Source: Macrostomum hystrix (lineage: Eukaryota; Animalia; Platyhelminthes). Taken from it: a DNA stretch of 64,000 nt. The DNA lies in NCBI GenBank assembly GCA_950097015.1, contig CATNEN010000011.1, positions 496,001-560,000 on the forward strand, given 5' to 3'. The position numbers and the translations under genes are program-made. The notes beneath the pieces were generated by a model that worked only from the letters and a program-made list of their open reading frames with translations, was not told the origin of the DNA and searched no databases. Below are positions 1-13,076 of this stretch, piece after piece. Numbering within the stretch: position 1 is the stretch's first letter; the number at the start of each line of letters is the position of its first letter.

Positions 1-598
1 GATTATGTTGTAGAGAGAAGCAAAAACCATGCTTAAAGGCTTTGACAGCTGCTTATTCCCATCGCATTAATCCTCGCACCGCTTTTCTGATAATTTATTT
101 AAAAATGCAAATGAGAGATGAGAAAAATCTGTTTTATTATTATTTTTTGACTGAGTTAAAATGACGCGGAAAATTGACAATGGAAAGATATTATTTTCGC
201 TTGCATCTGAACTGACGGCTTAAGGCTCTTCAGTTGAACTACACGATTTTATTTGAATTTAACTGATGGATTAAAGCGAGACGAATTGTAGAAAAAGAAA
301 ATCTGCATTTGATTGATTGTGATTCTATAGAGGCTGATTGGGACAGATTAGACTATTTCTTCTACAATATAAATGCTAATTTAGTTTGGTTTAGTTTAAA
401 TTTATTCATTGATTTTTGCCTGCTTAGCCTGATCTAATTGGTATTTGATTTTAGCGAGCCTCCATTCGTAGTAGTTTTTAACCTCTTTCGAACTTATCTA
501 GTCTAGTCCACAGTTATAGTAGCACTTTGGTTTCTTTGTGCTTGTGCTTGACATTCAAATTGCATAATAATAGGTGAAGGGACGCAGTGAAACATAGT

Positions 599-1275
599 AA
601 GATGCAAGGAGAGGTATTGAGATGCGGGGAGAGGTAGTGAGATGCAGGGAGGGGTAGTGAGATGCAGGGAGGGGTAGTGAGATGCAGGGAGAGGTAGTGA
701 GATGCGGGGAGAGGTAGTGAGATGCAGGGAGAGGTATTGAGATGCAGGGAGGGGTAGTGAGATGAAGTGAGAGGTAGTGAGATGCATGGAGAGGTATTGA
801 GATGCAGGGAGAGGTAGTGAGATGCAGGGAGAGGTAGTGAGATGCGGGGAGAGGTATGAGATGCAGGGAGAGGTAGTGAGATGCGGGGAGAGGTAGTGAG
901 ATGCAGGGAGGGGTAGTGAGATGCAGGGAGGGGTAGTGAGATGCAGGGAGAGGTAGTGAGATGCGGGGAGAGGTAGTGAGATGCAGGGAGAGGTATTGAG
1001 ATGCAGGGAGGGGTAGTGAGATGAAGTGAGAGGTAGTGAGATGCATGGAGAGGTATTGAGATGCAGGGAGAGGTAGTGAGATGCAGGGAGAGGTAGTGAG
1101 ATGCGGGGAGAGGTAGTGAGATGCAGGGAGAGGTAGTGAGATGCGGGGAGGGGTAGTGAGATGCAGGGAGGGGTAGTGAGATGCATGGAGAGGTATTGAG
1201 ATGCAGGGAGGGGTAGTGAGATGCAGGGAGGGGTAGTGAGATGAAGTGAGAGGTAGTGAGATGCAGGGAGAGATG
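599..1275. repeat. Minisatellite, 20-bp unit (GAGATGCAGGGAGAGGTAGT), about 33 copies, intronic
   Basis: Unit visible directly; it explains the repetitive HLTTSPCISLPLPASHY ORFs at 503-1536. Confidence 0.95.
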
Positions 1276-1371
1276 CAAGGATACGGGGATATACATAGAG
1301 GGTAGGGAGATTCTATTAGAAAGCCATTTTAGTAAGCTTATAAAGTTTCCCTTCGTTCTCGTAATTCTCAG

Positions 1372-4300
1372 GTGAAAATCTCCACCCTGGAAATATCTCC
1401 GGACGCTCCCAGCTCCCAGCAGCAGCAGCGCCAGTACCTCCTGGCCTCCGGGCCGGGCAACGCGAACACTCGTCGCAGCCTCCAAGCGGCTCGAGTGATC
1501 TGGCAGGTGGGCTGCGGCTCCATCGATGCCAGGCATCTGAGAGCGCTGGAGAGGCTGGAGAGATTAGCCATCACTGGCGAGCTGACACCTGAGCCTGTGC
1601 TGCTGTGGTACGTTGCCGACCTTATCGAGCCGGAATCCACAGCCGCAGCCATGGATGCTGCCGGCTCTCTGTCAAGCAGCCGCCTACGCCGCAGTGCCTA
1701 CGCCTATCCCAAGCGCAGAGCAGACGCCTCCTTCTTGTCTGTCTACGCCTCCGATCAGCTCTCGTCGGCCGCTCTGATTGGCTCGCCTGGCGCGTCAGCG
1801 CCGGCGTCGTCGATGTCTTCAGGTTTGTCGTCGCCACCGTTGCCAACCGGGGACACGCCGGCGAGGCCGCCGCCACCGTCGGATAATTTGAAACCAATCA
1901 CTCTGCCTACTACTACAGCTTCTACTACTGTTAGTAGTACTACAGTCACTACCACACTGAAGCCAGCCACCACTGAGCCGGGTCTGCGCCAGATATTCCA
2001 GATGAGCGCAGAGCCCTACAGTTTCCCAGTTGGCGTCCTGACTCGCATTGTTCTAATGCCCAGTAGAGATACGGCGGCGGATTTGAAGAATTTGAAAACT
2101 GCCGTGGTCGGATGCGGACACAACAATGAATTGGGCGTCTTCGGGCGATACTATCCGGCCCAGATGGTGCTAGAGGGGCATCCCAGTGAGTGCTGAATCA
2201 TGGCTTCCATCTATTGAGATTTTTGTCCTCAAACGTTTATCATCAGGGAGTCTGTTTAGAAACAATATCGTTTATGCCTATAGGGAAACTTTTTACTTTA
2301 TCAGTGTATCAATCTAACGAATTTTCAGGAGCAATCCGTCGTGTAATTTTTCCGACAATAATCCTTAAGATATTCACATTTTACAGGACAGTCTTCAATG
2401 GTATTTTCTCCTGAACAGTGGTAGGATTATTTTTTATGATTTATGATGATCTATCTACAATCCATCGTATCTTCTATAATGATCATTTTATGATTAATCC
2501 ATCAGTTGTATCTTCTCAGTATCAATCCCTCAGGTGTATGTTTCTCAGTATCAATCCCTTAGTTGTATGTTTCTCAGTATTAATCCCCCCATGTGTATGT
2601 TTCTCAGTATCAATCCTCTCAGGTGTATCTTTTCAGTATCAATCCCCTCAGGTGTATCTTTTCAGTATCAATCCCCTCAGGTGTATCTTTTCAGTATCAA
2701 TCCCCTCAGGTGTATCTTTTCAGTAGCAATCCCTCAGGTGTATCTTTTCAGTAGCAATCCCTCAGGTGTATCTTTTCAGTATCAATCCCTCAGGTGTATG
2801 TTTCTCAGTATCAATCCCTTAGTTGTATGTTTCTCAGTATCAATCTCTTAGTTGTATGTTTCTCAGTATTAATCCCCCCATGTGTATGTTTCTCAGTATC
2901 AATCCCCTCAGGTGTATCTTCTCAGTATCAATCCCTTAGTTGTATGTTTCTCAGTATCAATCTCTTAGTTGCATGTTTCTCAGTATTAATCCCCCCATGT
3001 GTATGTTTCTCAGTATCAATCCCCTCAGGTGTATCTTCTCAGTATCAATCCCCTCAGGTGTATCTTTTCAGTATCAATCCCTCAGGTGTATCTTTTCAGT
3101 ATCAATCCCTCAGGTGTATCTTTTTAATATCAATCCCCTTAGGTGTATCTTCTCAGTATCAATGCCCTCAGGTGTATCTTTTCAGTATCAATCCCTCAGG
3201 TGTATCTTTTCAGTATCAATCCCCTCAGGTGTATGTTTCTCAGTATCAATCCCTTAGTTGTATGTTTCTCAGTATCAATCCCTTAGTTGTATGTTTCTCA
3301 GTATCAATCCCTTAGTTGTATGTTTCTCAGTATTAATCCCCCCATTTGTATGTTTCTCAGTATCAATCCCTCAGGTGTATCTTTTCAGTAGCAATCCCTC
3401 AGGTGTATCTTTTCAGTATCAATCCCCTCAGGTGTATCTTCTCAGCATCAATCCCTCAGGTGTATCTTTTCAGTATCAATCCCTCAGGTGTATATTTTCA
3501 GTAGCAATCCCTCAGGTGTATCTTTTCAGTATCAATCCCCTCAGGTGTATCTTTTCAGTATCAATCCCCTCAGGTGTATCTTCTCAGCATCAATCCCTCA
3601 GGTGTATCTTTTCAGTATAAATCCCTCAGGTGTGTCTTTTCAGTATCAATCCCTCAGGTGTATCTTTTCAGTAGCAATCCCTCAGGTGTATCTTTTCAGT
3701 ATCAATCCCCTCAGGTGTATCTTTTCAGTATCAATCCCCTCAGGTGTATCTTCTCAGTATCAATCCCTCAGGTGTATCTTTTCAGTATCAATCCCCTCAG
3801 GTGTATCTTCTCAGTATCAATCCCTCAGGTGTATCTTTTCAGTATAAATCCCCTCATGTGTCTATTTCTCATTAACAATCCCCTCACGTGTATCTTCTCA
3901 GTAACAATCCCTCAAAAACTCCACTGTAACAATCAATGAAATGTTTCAGCTGCCAAGGACATCGGCTCCCAGCACAAGTGCAGCCTCCACGTCACAGACA
4001 GCCGCGGCAAGCAGGACTTCTTCGGCTTCACTATTCGCGTGCCGGAGCCGGCGCCGCCCAAGCCGCTGCCAACCGCCAACGCCGACAATCGCCTATTCAG
4101 TTTGCTGCTTGGCGTTCGCTACAATCGTCAGTTAGATCCGGCTGCTTATTTTGCCAACGCTTTGGAGCACGATATTCGCCTGTGCGTTACGCCTCTGGCT
4201 GATCGTTGCGTCAGCTTTGCTCCAGACTCGCCTCTGCAATTCAATGCGGCTACCTGCCGAGTCTACGGCTTGGCCTGGCGCAGGAACCAGCTGACACAGG

Positions 4301-7300
4301 TGCGCCCTGTCTACCTGTTGGCTACAAGCAAGTATAATAAGACTGCCATCCTTACAGCTGGTTACTCTGTGACTGAGCCACGGCCAGAGGATGCCGCACA
4401 TCAGAATAAGGTAATCCTTTGCTCTATTGGCTTGCCCACATTGGCTAACTGTTTTGAGCTGCTAATCCTGTGTGTTTGCTGTTTATCCTGTCAGTTCGCT
4501 GTTAATCCTCCCTGTCTGTTTGTTGCTAATCCTTCCGTCTGTTTTGTTGTTAATACTTTTGTCTGTTCAACGATAATTCTTAATTCTGTTGGCTGTCAAT
4601 CCTTCATTCTGTTAGCTGTTAATCCTTTGCTCTGTTAGCTGTTAATCCTTCATTCTGTTAACTGTTAATCCTTTGCTCTGTTAGCTGTTAATCCTTCATT
4701 CTGTTAGCTGTTAATCCTTCATTCTGTTAGCTGTTAATCCTTCATTCTGTTAGCTGTTAATCCTTCATTCTGTTAGCTGTTAATCCTTCATTATGTTAGC
4801 TGTTAATCCTTCATTCTGTTAACTGTTAATCCTTTGCTCTGTTAGCTGTTAATCCTTCATTCTCCTTTTTTGTTGATTGTCTATAAATGACAAAAGCTGT
4901 CATTGTTTTTTATATTCGTGTTCTTTTGACAAGATTCCCTATTCCGTTGACAATAATCCCAGATCAATCATCAGTACCAGCTGCACATTGAAGCAGACAT
5001 TGACTACCTTCGTCAGCTGGAGACCCATACCAAGCCCCTGTACGACCTGACTGACCAGATAAACTCCTTCTTGGAAGGCAGCAGCAACAGCAGGCCAGCC
5101 ACTGGCCTTTTAGAAGACGCTCCGGGCCTGCATTTGAAATGGTTGAACCGTACGGACACCAGATCGAGAAGCATGGTCCTAGTGTTTGGTTGCATCATCA
5201 ACTACGGCTTGCGCTATTGTCCGAGAATGTCCATCATCGATGTGGCCAAGAAGATGTTTAAGTACTGCGGCAGCACGCAGCCGGAGGGTCGGCCTTGGCC
5301 GGAATTTTCAAACGCCCTGGCGCCGAGTCTGACGCCGGTCCAACTGATTACAACTCCATTGGGCACCTGCACCTCAGGCAGCTACCTGTTTCCAATGCAA
5401 TTCTACATGGCCCCGTCAAGCTCCTGTCCCAACAACAAATCATCCGGCGATAGTACTACTCCACAGCCGCAGCCACTGGCGCCGCCACTCTGGCCTCTGA
5501 TGCCAACAGCTGCCCCAGATGGTCCCACAAGATCTGGGCTCACGGTCAACTATGCAACTTCCAAGGAGCACGGAGTTTACTGCCTGCTGCCGTTCTCAAC
5601 TAGTGTTGGCAGCGGATTTCAACGGCCTATTAAACGACCGGAATGTGTGACCGACTCTAGCGGCAGAAATCTTCTATCGCTGCCGTTGCAGTTGTGCACC
5701 TCAGCAAACGATGACGGCAGCGATTGCGTCAATGAACACCGTTTCATTAGCTGGAATGCCACTATTAGAGGCTTTGAGGTGCGGCTAGCCTGGGTTCTGT
5801 GTGGCGCTTGATTCTGTGGATTTTAACTTTTCAGCCTATTCGCATTACTTTAAGGCGAATGATAAGCCGATAATCCGAGAAAACATTACCCAAATTTCAG
5901 ACTGGGATTAGACAAGATTTCAGGCTGGGATTTGACAAGATTTCAGGCTGGTAATCAGACAAGATTTCAGGCTGGGAATCAGACAAGATTTCAGACTGGG
6001 GATTAGCTAAGATTACAGACTGGGGGTAAGCCAAGTTCTCCTTGATCCCCGCAGGGCATTCCATTCGACGCCGACGTGGGTGCCAAGCATTTCACAGTGC
6101 TGGTGCGGAACTCGGACCCAGCCTCGCTAGCTCCGCCAGCCCGCTTCAACCTGTCTGTTGTGGTGGAGCAGCCGCAGTGGGGCCCGTTTCGTTTCCACCG
6201 GGTTCGCATGAGCTTCGAGGTTGATCGCTGGCGCGTTGCCGACCTTGATCGGCAGTACGCCTTCTTTCGCTTCCTCAACGACCTGCTGTCGACCATTTTG
6301 CCTAGAAACAAAATCTACATGCGATTACCGCCGGATAATCTGCGCAGACAGCTCGAGCTACCTACTGTTAATACTCTCAACCTGACTCTAGACTGGACCG
6401 TTGTCGCGTTCGATAGTGACGGCGCTGTCATTGACGGATATGGAAAGTAGGTTCTGCTGTTTAACGACCGCCTTTTGCGCGGTTTATGAGTTTTTGAGCA
6501 GAATGTGTGATGTGTTATCCCATCTCAGCCCTTAGGTGTTAAACAGCCAGTTCATCTTAGCACTCAGGTGTTAGACAGCCAGTTCATCTTAGCACTCAGG
6601 TGTTAGACAGCCAGTTCATCTTAGCACTCAGGTGTTAGACAGCCAGTTCATCTTAGCACTCAGGTGTTTGACAGCCAGTTCATCTTAGCACTCAGGTGTT
6701 AGACAGCCAGTTCATCTTAGCACTCAGGTGTTTGACAGCCAGTTCATCTTAGCACTCAGGTGTTTGACAGCCAGTTCATCTTAGCACTCAGGTGTTTGAC
6801 AGCCAGTTCATCTTAGCACTTCCCACTTTATACCCCAGATACCAGGTGTTCTGTCCAGTCAACCAGCTGCTCATGCTTCGCAGAATCCTTGATTCGGAAC
6901 TGATGAAGTTGCTAAAGCGGCATGCCATTACCTTGCAAAGTCAAGCCGTTCTGCTTGAGGGCAACTGTAGCAGCTACAATTTCGGGGATCTTCACAGTTT
7001 CTACATGCATACTCGCCAGCCAATTAATAACATTGTGACAGATTATTCCTTTTATCCTAGCGGAGATGGAAACAGCGGTGGCAGCGTCGTTGGCAACGGA
7101 GGTAGCAACGGACTTCCCAATGGTAATAATAACGGTATCGACACAGCATCGGTTGGCGATTCCAATGTTCTGCTCATCACAGTGGCTCCCGCCTGCGGAC
7201 TGGTCCTATTGGCTCTGCTTGTAGCTCTGCTAGTCGCTTGCTGTCTGTACCGCAGAAAGCCAGCTAGCAATGGCGGCGCTCACATCCAGCAGCAGCAGCA

Positions 7301-7832
7301 GCAGCAGGGATCTCGAAGTAGGCACGTTTCCTATCAGCCGCAGCAACAGCAGCAGCAGCCGCAGCAGTACCACAGTTCCAGCATGTCGCGTGGCGGTGCC
7401 ACAGCTGACTTCAGCCTAACTAGCAAGCACGTGCCAATCATCTTCGCCGAAGAGCTGGAAGAGCGGCCGTCCGCGCCCACCAAGCCGCTGATTCTGCCCA
7501 ATGAAAAGCCGCCACTGCCGCCACCTGATTTGGACGGCTACGACCAGGACGAGCTGATCATGGAGAGAACGCCGCTTAACCCGCAGCAGCAGCAGCAACA
7601 ACAATTAATGTTGATGCAGATGCAACATATTCAGCAGCAGCAGCAGCAATTTGCCACTCTTGGCCGGTCAAATGGTCACAATATCAATGGCGGTGGAGGT
7701 GGTGGCGGAGGCGTCGGTGGAGTCGCTTATAGAACTTTACCCGGTAATCAGCAGCAGCAGCAGCAGCAGCAGCGCCATCTACAGACGGGGTATGCTGACA
7801 AATTTGTACTTGAATACTCGAATCAAGGTTGA
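1372..7832 (+). CDS. DAG1: Dystroglycan-like type I membrane protein, 5' end outside the window. Exons 1372-2185, 3950-4410, 4963-5778, 6055-6446, 6839-7832
   Basis: All junctions are GT-AG with matching phases (1,0,0,2). Features include an alpha-DG N-terminal-like WQVGC motif, a short Thr-rich mucin-like tract, cadherin-like (CADG) motifs LEGHPTAKDIG and FEGIPFDADVG, a TM helix followed by YRRK, and the beta-DG cytoplasmic signature KHVPIIFAEELEE...PLILPNEKPPLPPP. Confidence 0.88.
2503..3912. repeat. Minisatellite, 28-29-bp unit (TATCAATCCC(C)TCAGGTGTATCTTTTCAG), in dystroglycan intron
   Basis: Direct inspection; source of the repetitive YQSLRCIFSVSIP ORFs. Confidence 0.95.
4606..4862. repeat. 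Minisatellite, 23-bp unit (CTGTTAGCTGTTAATCCTTCATT), intronic
   Basis: About 11 tandem copies visible. Confidence 0.93.
5895..6022. repeat. Minisatellite, 23-bp unit (TTTCAGRCTGGGATTAGACAAGA), intronic
   Basis: About 5 tandem copies visible. Confidence 0.88.
6532..6820. repeat. Minisatellite, 32-33-bp unit (AGACAGCCAGTTCATCTTAGCACTCAGGTGTT), intronic
   Basis: About 9 copies, ending just before the acceptor at 6838. Confidence 0.93.
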
Positions 7833-9623
7833 GCTAACTCCAATTCTGCTTACTTTGGAAACTCATTGTTAAAAGGCTTAAGAATTGTGTGTACGTAGTT
7901 TCTCAACTGGCAGAATAAAACATTTCTAGCATTGTTGCTGTATACAAACCTCATCTTCATTCTGCTTTTTTACAGTCTAATGAGATAAAAAAAATAGATA
8001 AAATGCATAATACATACTGACTGTGTTTTGTGTTGTGATATAGTTATGCACTTACAACTGAATTGATATTCTGCGCAGATATACTTACTAGCAATTTCTT
8101 TCGATTGCGCGCAATGATCCATTTTTTACTTATTCATTCGGCACTCATTCCTTTTTCTAAGCGGTGAGCGCTTGTTTTTGCTTACCTCAATTCGCAAATG
8201 AAACTGATATTTTATCTTACAGAAGGTTGTGCTGCCCGATTACGTGGTTTATTTCCTAGTTGGTTTTTATTTTACTTTTATATTCTTCTAGTCAAACTCT
8301 AGTCAACGAAAATATATTCTAGTTTTTTTCTTTCATTTTTCTTACTATTTTTAGCCTTGCTACTCACAGTAGCGCTAAGCGTGTTGTGTTAGTAGTTATT
8401 TGCCCTTTTTTTATTGTCGAAAATATAGAACTCGCACAGTGGGCGGCACTGCATTTTTAACACAAATAACATTTGAGATCAAACTCTCTCTCACGTACTA
8501 TTAATTTAATTTGTGCTAACTTGTTATTGACTGCAATACTGTTGTAAATTTTTATTCAGTGCAAGGCTAGCTAAAGTTGATCACATTTTTCACAGATTTT
8601 TTCTAGTCACATTACACAGGAAGTGTAAAATTTGATGCTTTAAAATATGCTTCGAAAACTCTGCTTAATGCAAACACATTAATGTTGTGATTGTACTTTA
8701 TTTCTGTCGTTTTCCTAATGTTTTAATATCTTGAATTGTAAATTTTTTTTTCTCTTTTTAGCATTACTCGTACTTAGTAAATGAAGCATAGTGTTTTTTT
8801 CTTATTGCAAACTGTAAGACCTTAATATTTAAATCGCTTTCATATGTTAAAAAGCGAGACATGAAAATAAACGCATAACAATGAGCGGAGCGGACTACCG
8901 ATTACAGTTTCGTTTAGTTCCTACCTGTATAGGTGACTTTGGTCTATTATGATTACTAGTGTACCATTTTAAAGAACCATTTTAGCTTGTAGTCTAGCAT
9001 CCAAATAGGTTTTCACAATCTATTAATTTAGTACAATTTTGAGACACTAGTTAGCAAACTGAATGAATCTTGTGATTAAAAAGTAAGGCCAAAATTTAGA
9101 TTTAGTTTTTTGTAATAAAAATTGGCTCTCAAAAAGTCAGTTCAGGGTAAAAATATTTGGCTTGCAGCTCTCTGATTGGCTAAGAAGCATTGATTGTCAG
9201 ATTGGTTAATGATTTTAGGCTATGATATAGAGACGTTGAAGAACTAGCTATTATCTGATTCGCTGAGACCTTAAAATTTACGGTGCGATATGGAAAATTA
9301 ATCTTAAGGGATTAATCTAAAGCTAGTAAATCTAAAGGGATTGAATGTTTTTCTGATGGGCTGACATTTTTGATCTACAAAGCATAAAAAACTATATTTT
9401 TGTTAAATCAGTTAAACGTGAGATGTTAAGATTGCAGTTTTTAAGAACGTAACCCATTTACCTCATGTCCTTGACTAACCCCACCCCGCCTACATGCGGA
9501 CGGAAACGCAGCTAAAGGATGTAATGCAATAATGAAATTTGAATATGAATATATTTCAGCGGAAACAAGAAACAAAGTGTTTCTATCACCAACCGTCTGT
9601 ACACTAAGCACATCTCGGCTGAC

Positions 9624-12600
9624 ATGGCCAAATCAATCGACACCCGCTCAATCGGTCAGAGCAGTGTGGCTTCCAGCACTACAAATATGTCCGGCCAGTC
9701 GCCGCCGAAGATCACAGACTTTCGCAAAGCCGAGCGATTGCACAATTATAGGCGCGACTATTACATACCAGGCAAAGGCGGCGGCTACATACCTCAGGAA
9801 ATCCTTGACGAGGAGCCGCAGTTCTTCTCGCACGAACAGGAGCAGGACGCTTATTTCTGTATCTCTCCTAGCGGTGCGTCAAGCGATCCAGACGCCCAGG
9901 TGTTCTCGTCCAGTCCTAGCACTGTGCAGTTTGGTAGCGGCTCACCTGAGAGCCTGACTGGCAGCCTGGCATCCATGGACATTCGGCAGAAGCCCAAGCG
10001 AGTCATGGTTCAGACGCCTTCTAGTAAGAAATTGGAGGCACCCAGGAAACAGGTGGTGCCGGAGAAGGGCCCGGATGTCACCAAGGAAATTGTCAAGTGA
10101 GTACTTCTGCCGCTGCTGCTCCTGCTGCTGTTGCTGCTGCTGCTGTTGCTGCTGCTGCTGTTAATGCTGCTGCTGCTTCTGCTTTTAATGCTGCTGCTGC
10201 TAAATGCTACTGATGCTGCTGTTAATGCTGCTGCTGCTGCTAATGCTGCTGATGCTGCTGTTAATGCAGCTGCTGCTACTGCTGCTGCTTCTGCTTCTCC
10301 TGCTGCTTTTAATGCTGCTAATGCTGCTGCTGCGACTTGCCTACCTACAGATTGTCCTTAGGGAATCAATATACCTACTTACTTGCCAATAAGATGTATC
10401 TGCCTACCAACCTCTACCTGCCTGCATGTTCCACCTTTAATAAGTATCAATCTATCTACCTATTTAGCTACTGATAGATCTGTCTTACATATACATACTT
10501 TATAATCATCTACCTACTTAACTTTTTCATAGTTGTACATACCTGCCTAAAACATTAATTCACTTAATTACCTACCGTTAGTATCTATCTTTTTACCATC
10601 TATCACACCTGACATCCTAGATGCAAGGCTTGCAGCGACACAATTCTCGACCTATCCGGTAATCGGCTGACAGCCCTGCCACCGGCAGTTCGCGATTTAA
10701 ACTGCGTGACGGAGTTGTACCTGTACGACAACAAGCTCACCCAGCTGCCAGACGAGATCGGTGCCATGGTCAGCTTGGAGAAGCTCATGCTGCAGCAGAA
10801 CTGCCTGACCTCCCTGCCGCTGACCATGCAGTACCTCACCAAACTGAGGGTGCTGGATCTGCGGCACAATAGGCTCGAGAATCGCATTCCCCAGGTCATC
10901 TACAAACTGTACGGCCTGACTCAACTGCTGCTAACCTACAATAAGATAGCCGAGATTGACCCGGAGATTGGCAACCTAATTAGCCTCACTGTGCTAGTTT
11001 TAAATCGCAACATCATCCGCATGCCGATACCAAGCTCCATTGGCACTCTGCGGCAGCTGAAGAAGTTGGACTTATCCCATAATAAGATTGTGGAAATTCC
11101 CGATGAGATTGGTAAGCCACTTTTGCACCTGCGGTATTGAGCTCGAATCTTCGACGTTCGGATTACTCGAAATAATAATCCTGAGGTTAGACTACGTGGG
11201 AGATTTTAGTCAAGTGGGGATCGAATCTCAGCACAGGGAAAACTCCCTATTGGCTTCAGTTAATTTATCTCTGTCTGCTCTCTAGCTCTGTATTAAATTT
11301 TAAAGAGTTCAGTGTCCCCTTCAGTCCATGATGGCTGTAACTTATCTGATCCCTAATGAGTTTATAAGAGATCAATAAAAGTACATTTTATCAAACTGCA
11401 GGCAAGTGCATACTTCTGTCGGACGTTAATCTGCAGCACAACAGTCTGATCGCATTGCCAGAGAGCATTGGCGAATTGCGCAATCTAACCCGACTTGGTC
11501 TAAAGTACAACCGACTAACTAGCATACCGAAGACCCTAGCCAACTGTCAAAAACTGGACGAGTTCAACATTGAGAACAATGACATCTCTACACTGCCAGA
11601 TGGACTGCTGTCCAGCATGAAACGGCTAACTAGTATTGTGCTGTCGAGAAATCAGTTTGTACATTTTCCACCCGGGGGCGCTGCTCAGTTTACCAACTGC
11701 CTGTCTGTTGCTATGGACCACAATGAGATTAGTGCTATTCCAGTTGGCGTGTTAAGCACCGCTCGGCACCTGACTAAATTGGATCTTAATACTAATGATA
11801 TACAGGTATTTTTTGTTTCTTTGCTTTTTTGACCATTAGGGCTAGCTAATGAACTCACTGAATCATGAGGGCTAGCTACTGAACTCACTGAATCATGAGG
11901 GCTAGCTACTGAACTCACTGAATCATGAGGGCTAGCTACTGAACTCACTGAATCATGAGGGCTAGCTACTGAACTCACTGAATCATGAGGGCTAGCTAAT
12001 GAACTCACTGAATCATGAGGGCTAGCTAATGAACTCACTGAATCATGAGGGCTAGCTACTGAACTCACTGAATCATGAGGGCTAGCTACTGAACTGACTG
12101 AATCATGAGGGCTAGCTACTGAACTCACTGAATCATGAGGGCTAGCTACTGAACTGACTGAATCATGAGGGCTAGCTACTGAACTCACTGAATCATGAGG
12201 GCTAGCTACTGAACTGACTGAATCATGAGGGCTAGCTACTGAACTCACTGAATCATGAGGGCTAGCTACTGAACTCACTGAATCATGAGGGTCACCCGTC
12301 TCCCAAAGTGCAAGCAGCCCGCATCCTACTGAATTGCCAGGCCCTGGTCCCGGTGGACATGATCAATCTTCGCCAGCTGGTTGAGCTAGATCTGGGCAAC
12401 AACCGGCTCACCTGTGTGCCAGATGAAATCGAACAATTGCAACGCCTTGAGACCCTGGTACTCAGTCACAATAGCATATCTAAGCTCACAGAGAAAATTG
12501 GCTCCTGCGCCTGTTTGCGCAGATTGGAACTTGAATACAACGAGTTGGAGACTCTGCCAGCCGAGATTGGGCACCTGACCGAACTGCGAGAGCTCAACCT

Positions 12601-12928
12601 GATCTCAAACAAGCTGGCCACTATTCCCCTTGGCGTGACCCTGCTGCCATTGGTTGTACTGCGCCTCAGCGAGAACTGCATCCGCGAGGTGCCGCGTGAA
12701 ATTGGCCACATGGCCAACTTGAAGGAGCTCTACCTGAACGACAATCGAGACCTGGAAAACCTGCCTTCGACATTGTCCCTCTGCTCTAAACTCGAGCTGC
12801 TCAACATTGAGCACTGTCGTTTGAGTCTAATACCAACCGAGATTGTGTCATGCGGCTCCAATGTTGTGATGCAGTTTCTCAAACAGGTTTACAACTATGA
12901 AAAGAATTGTCATGTTCAAGACTTGTAA
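9624..12928 (+). CDS. SHOC2: Leucine-rich repeat scaffold SHOC2/SUR-8. Exons 9624-10096, 10621-11111, 11402-11805, 12341-12928
   Basis: Phases match (2,1,0). Collinear with SHOC2 motifs: DVTKEIVKCK, TELYLYDNKL, VLDLRHNRL, RLGLKYNRLTSIP, FPPGGAAQF, ELYLNDNRDLENLP..LSLCSKL..LNIEHCRL, and C-terminal GSNVVMQFLK. Confidence 0.95.
10108..10335. repeat. CTG-rich imperfect trinucleotide tract in SHOC2 intron 1
   Basis: (GCT)n interrupted by GTTAAT; produces spurious poly-L/poly-A ORFs. Confidence 0.9.
11836..12291. repeat. Minisatellite, 30-bp unit (GGGCTAGCTACTGAACTCACTGAATCATGA), about 15 copies, SHOC2 intron 3
   Basis: Direct inspection; antisense ORF SVSSVASPHD repeats. Confidence 0.95.
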
Positions 12929-13076
12929 CTTCTCTAACTGCTGTTAGATTTATCCTTGATCGGTCTGTCAATTTATCGTCTTTATTATTATTCTAGGTCT
13001 GGTTGGTAGCGCCGATTTTTTGTGTGGCCTTCAATTTTTGAGCCGTCTACATTTTTGTACTAAAGCTATCAGTCAG

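Noticed and set aside
503-3939. Long periodic ORFs (HLTTSPCISL..., YQSLRCIFSV...)
   Set aside because: By-products of intronic minisatellites; unit lengths of 20 and 28-29 bp shift frame and the ORFs have no splice support.
10131-10392. Poly-Leu/poly-Ala ORFs
   Set aside because: Translation of a CTG tract lying between a valid SHOC2 donor (10097) and acceptor (10620).
11150-11260. SINE-like remnant in SHOC2 intron 2 (minus strand)
   Set aside because: Only a B-box-like motif and a short (ATT)n; too little to call.
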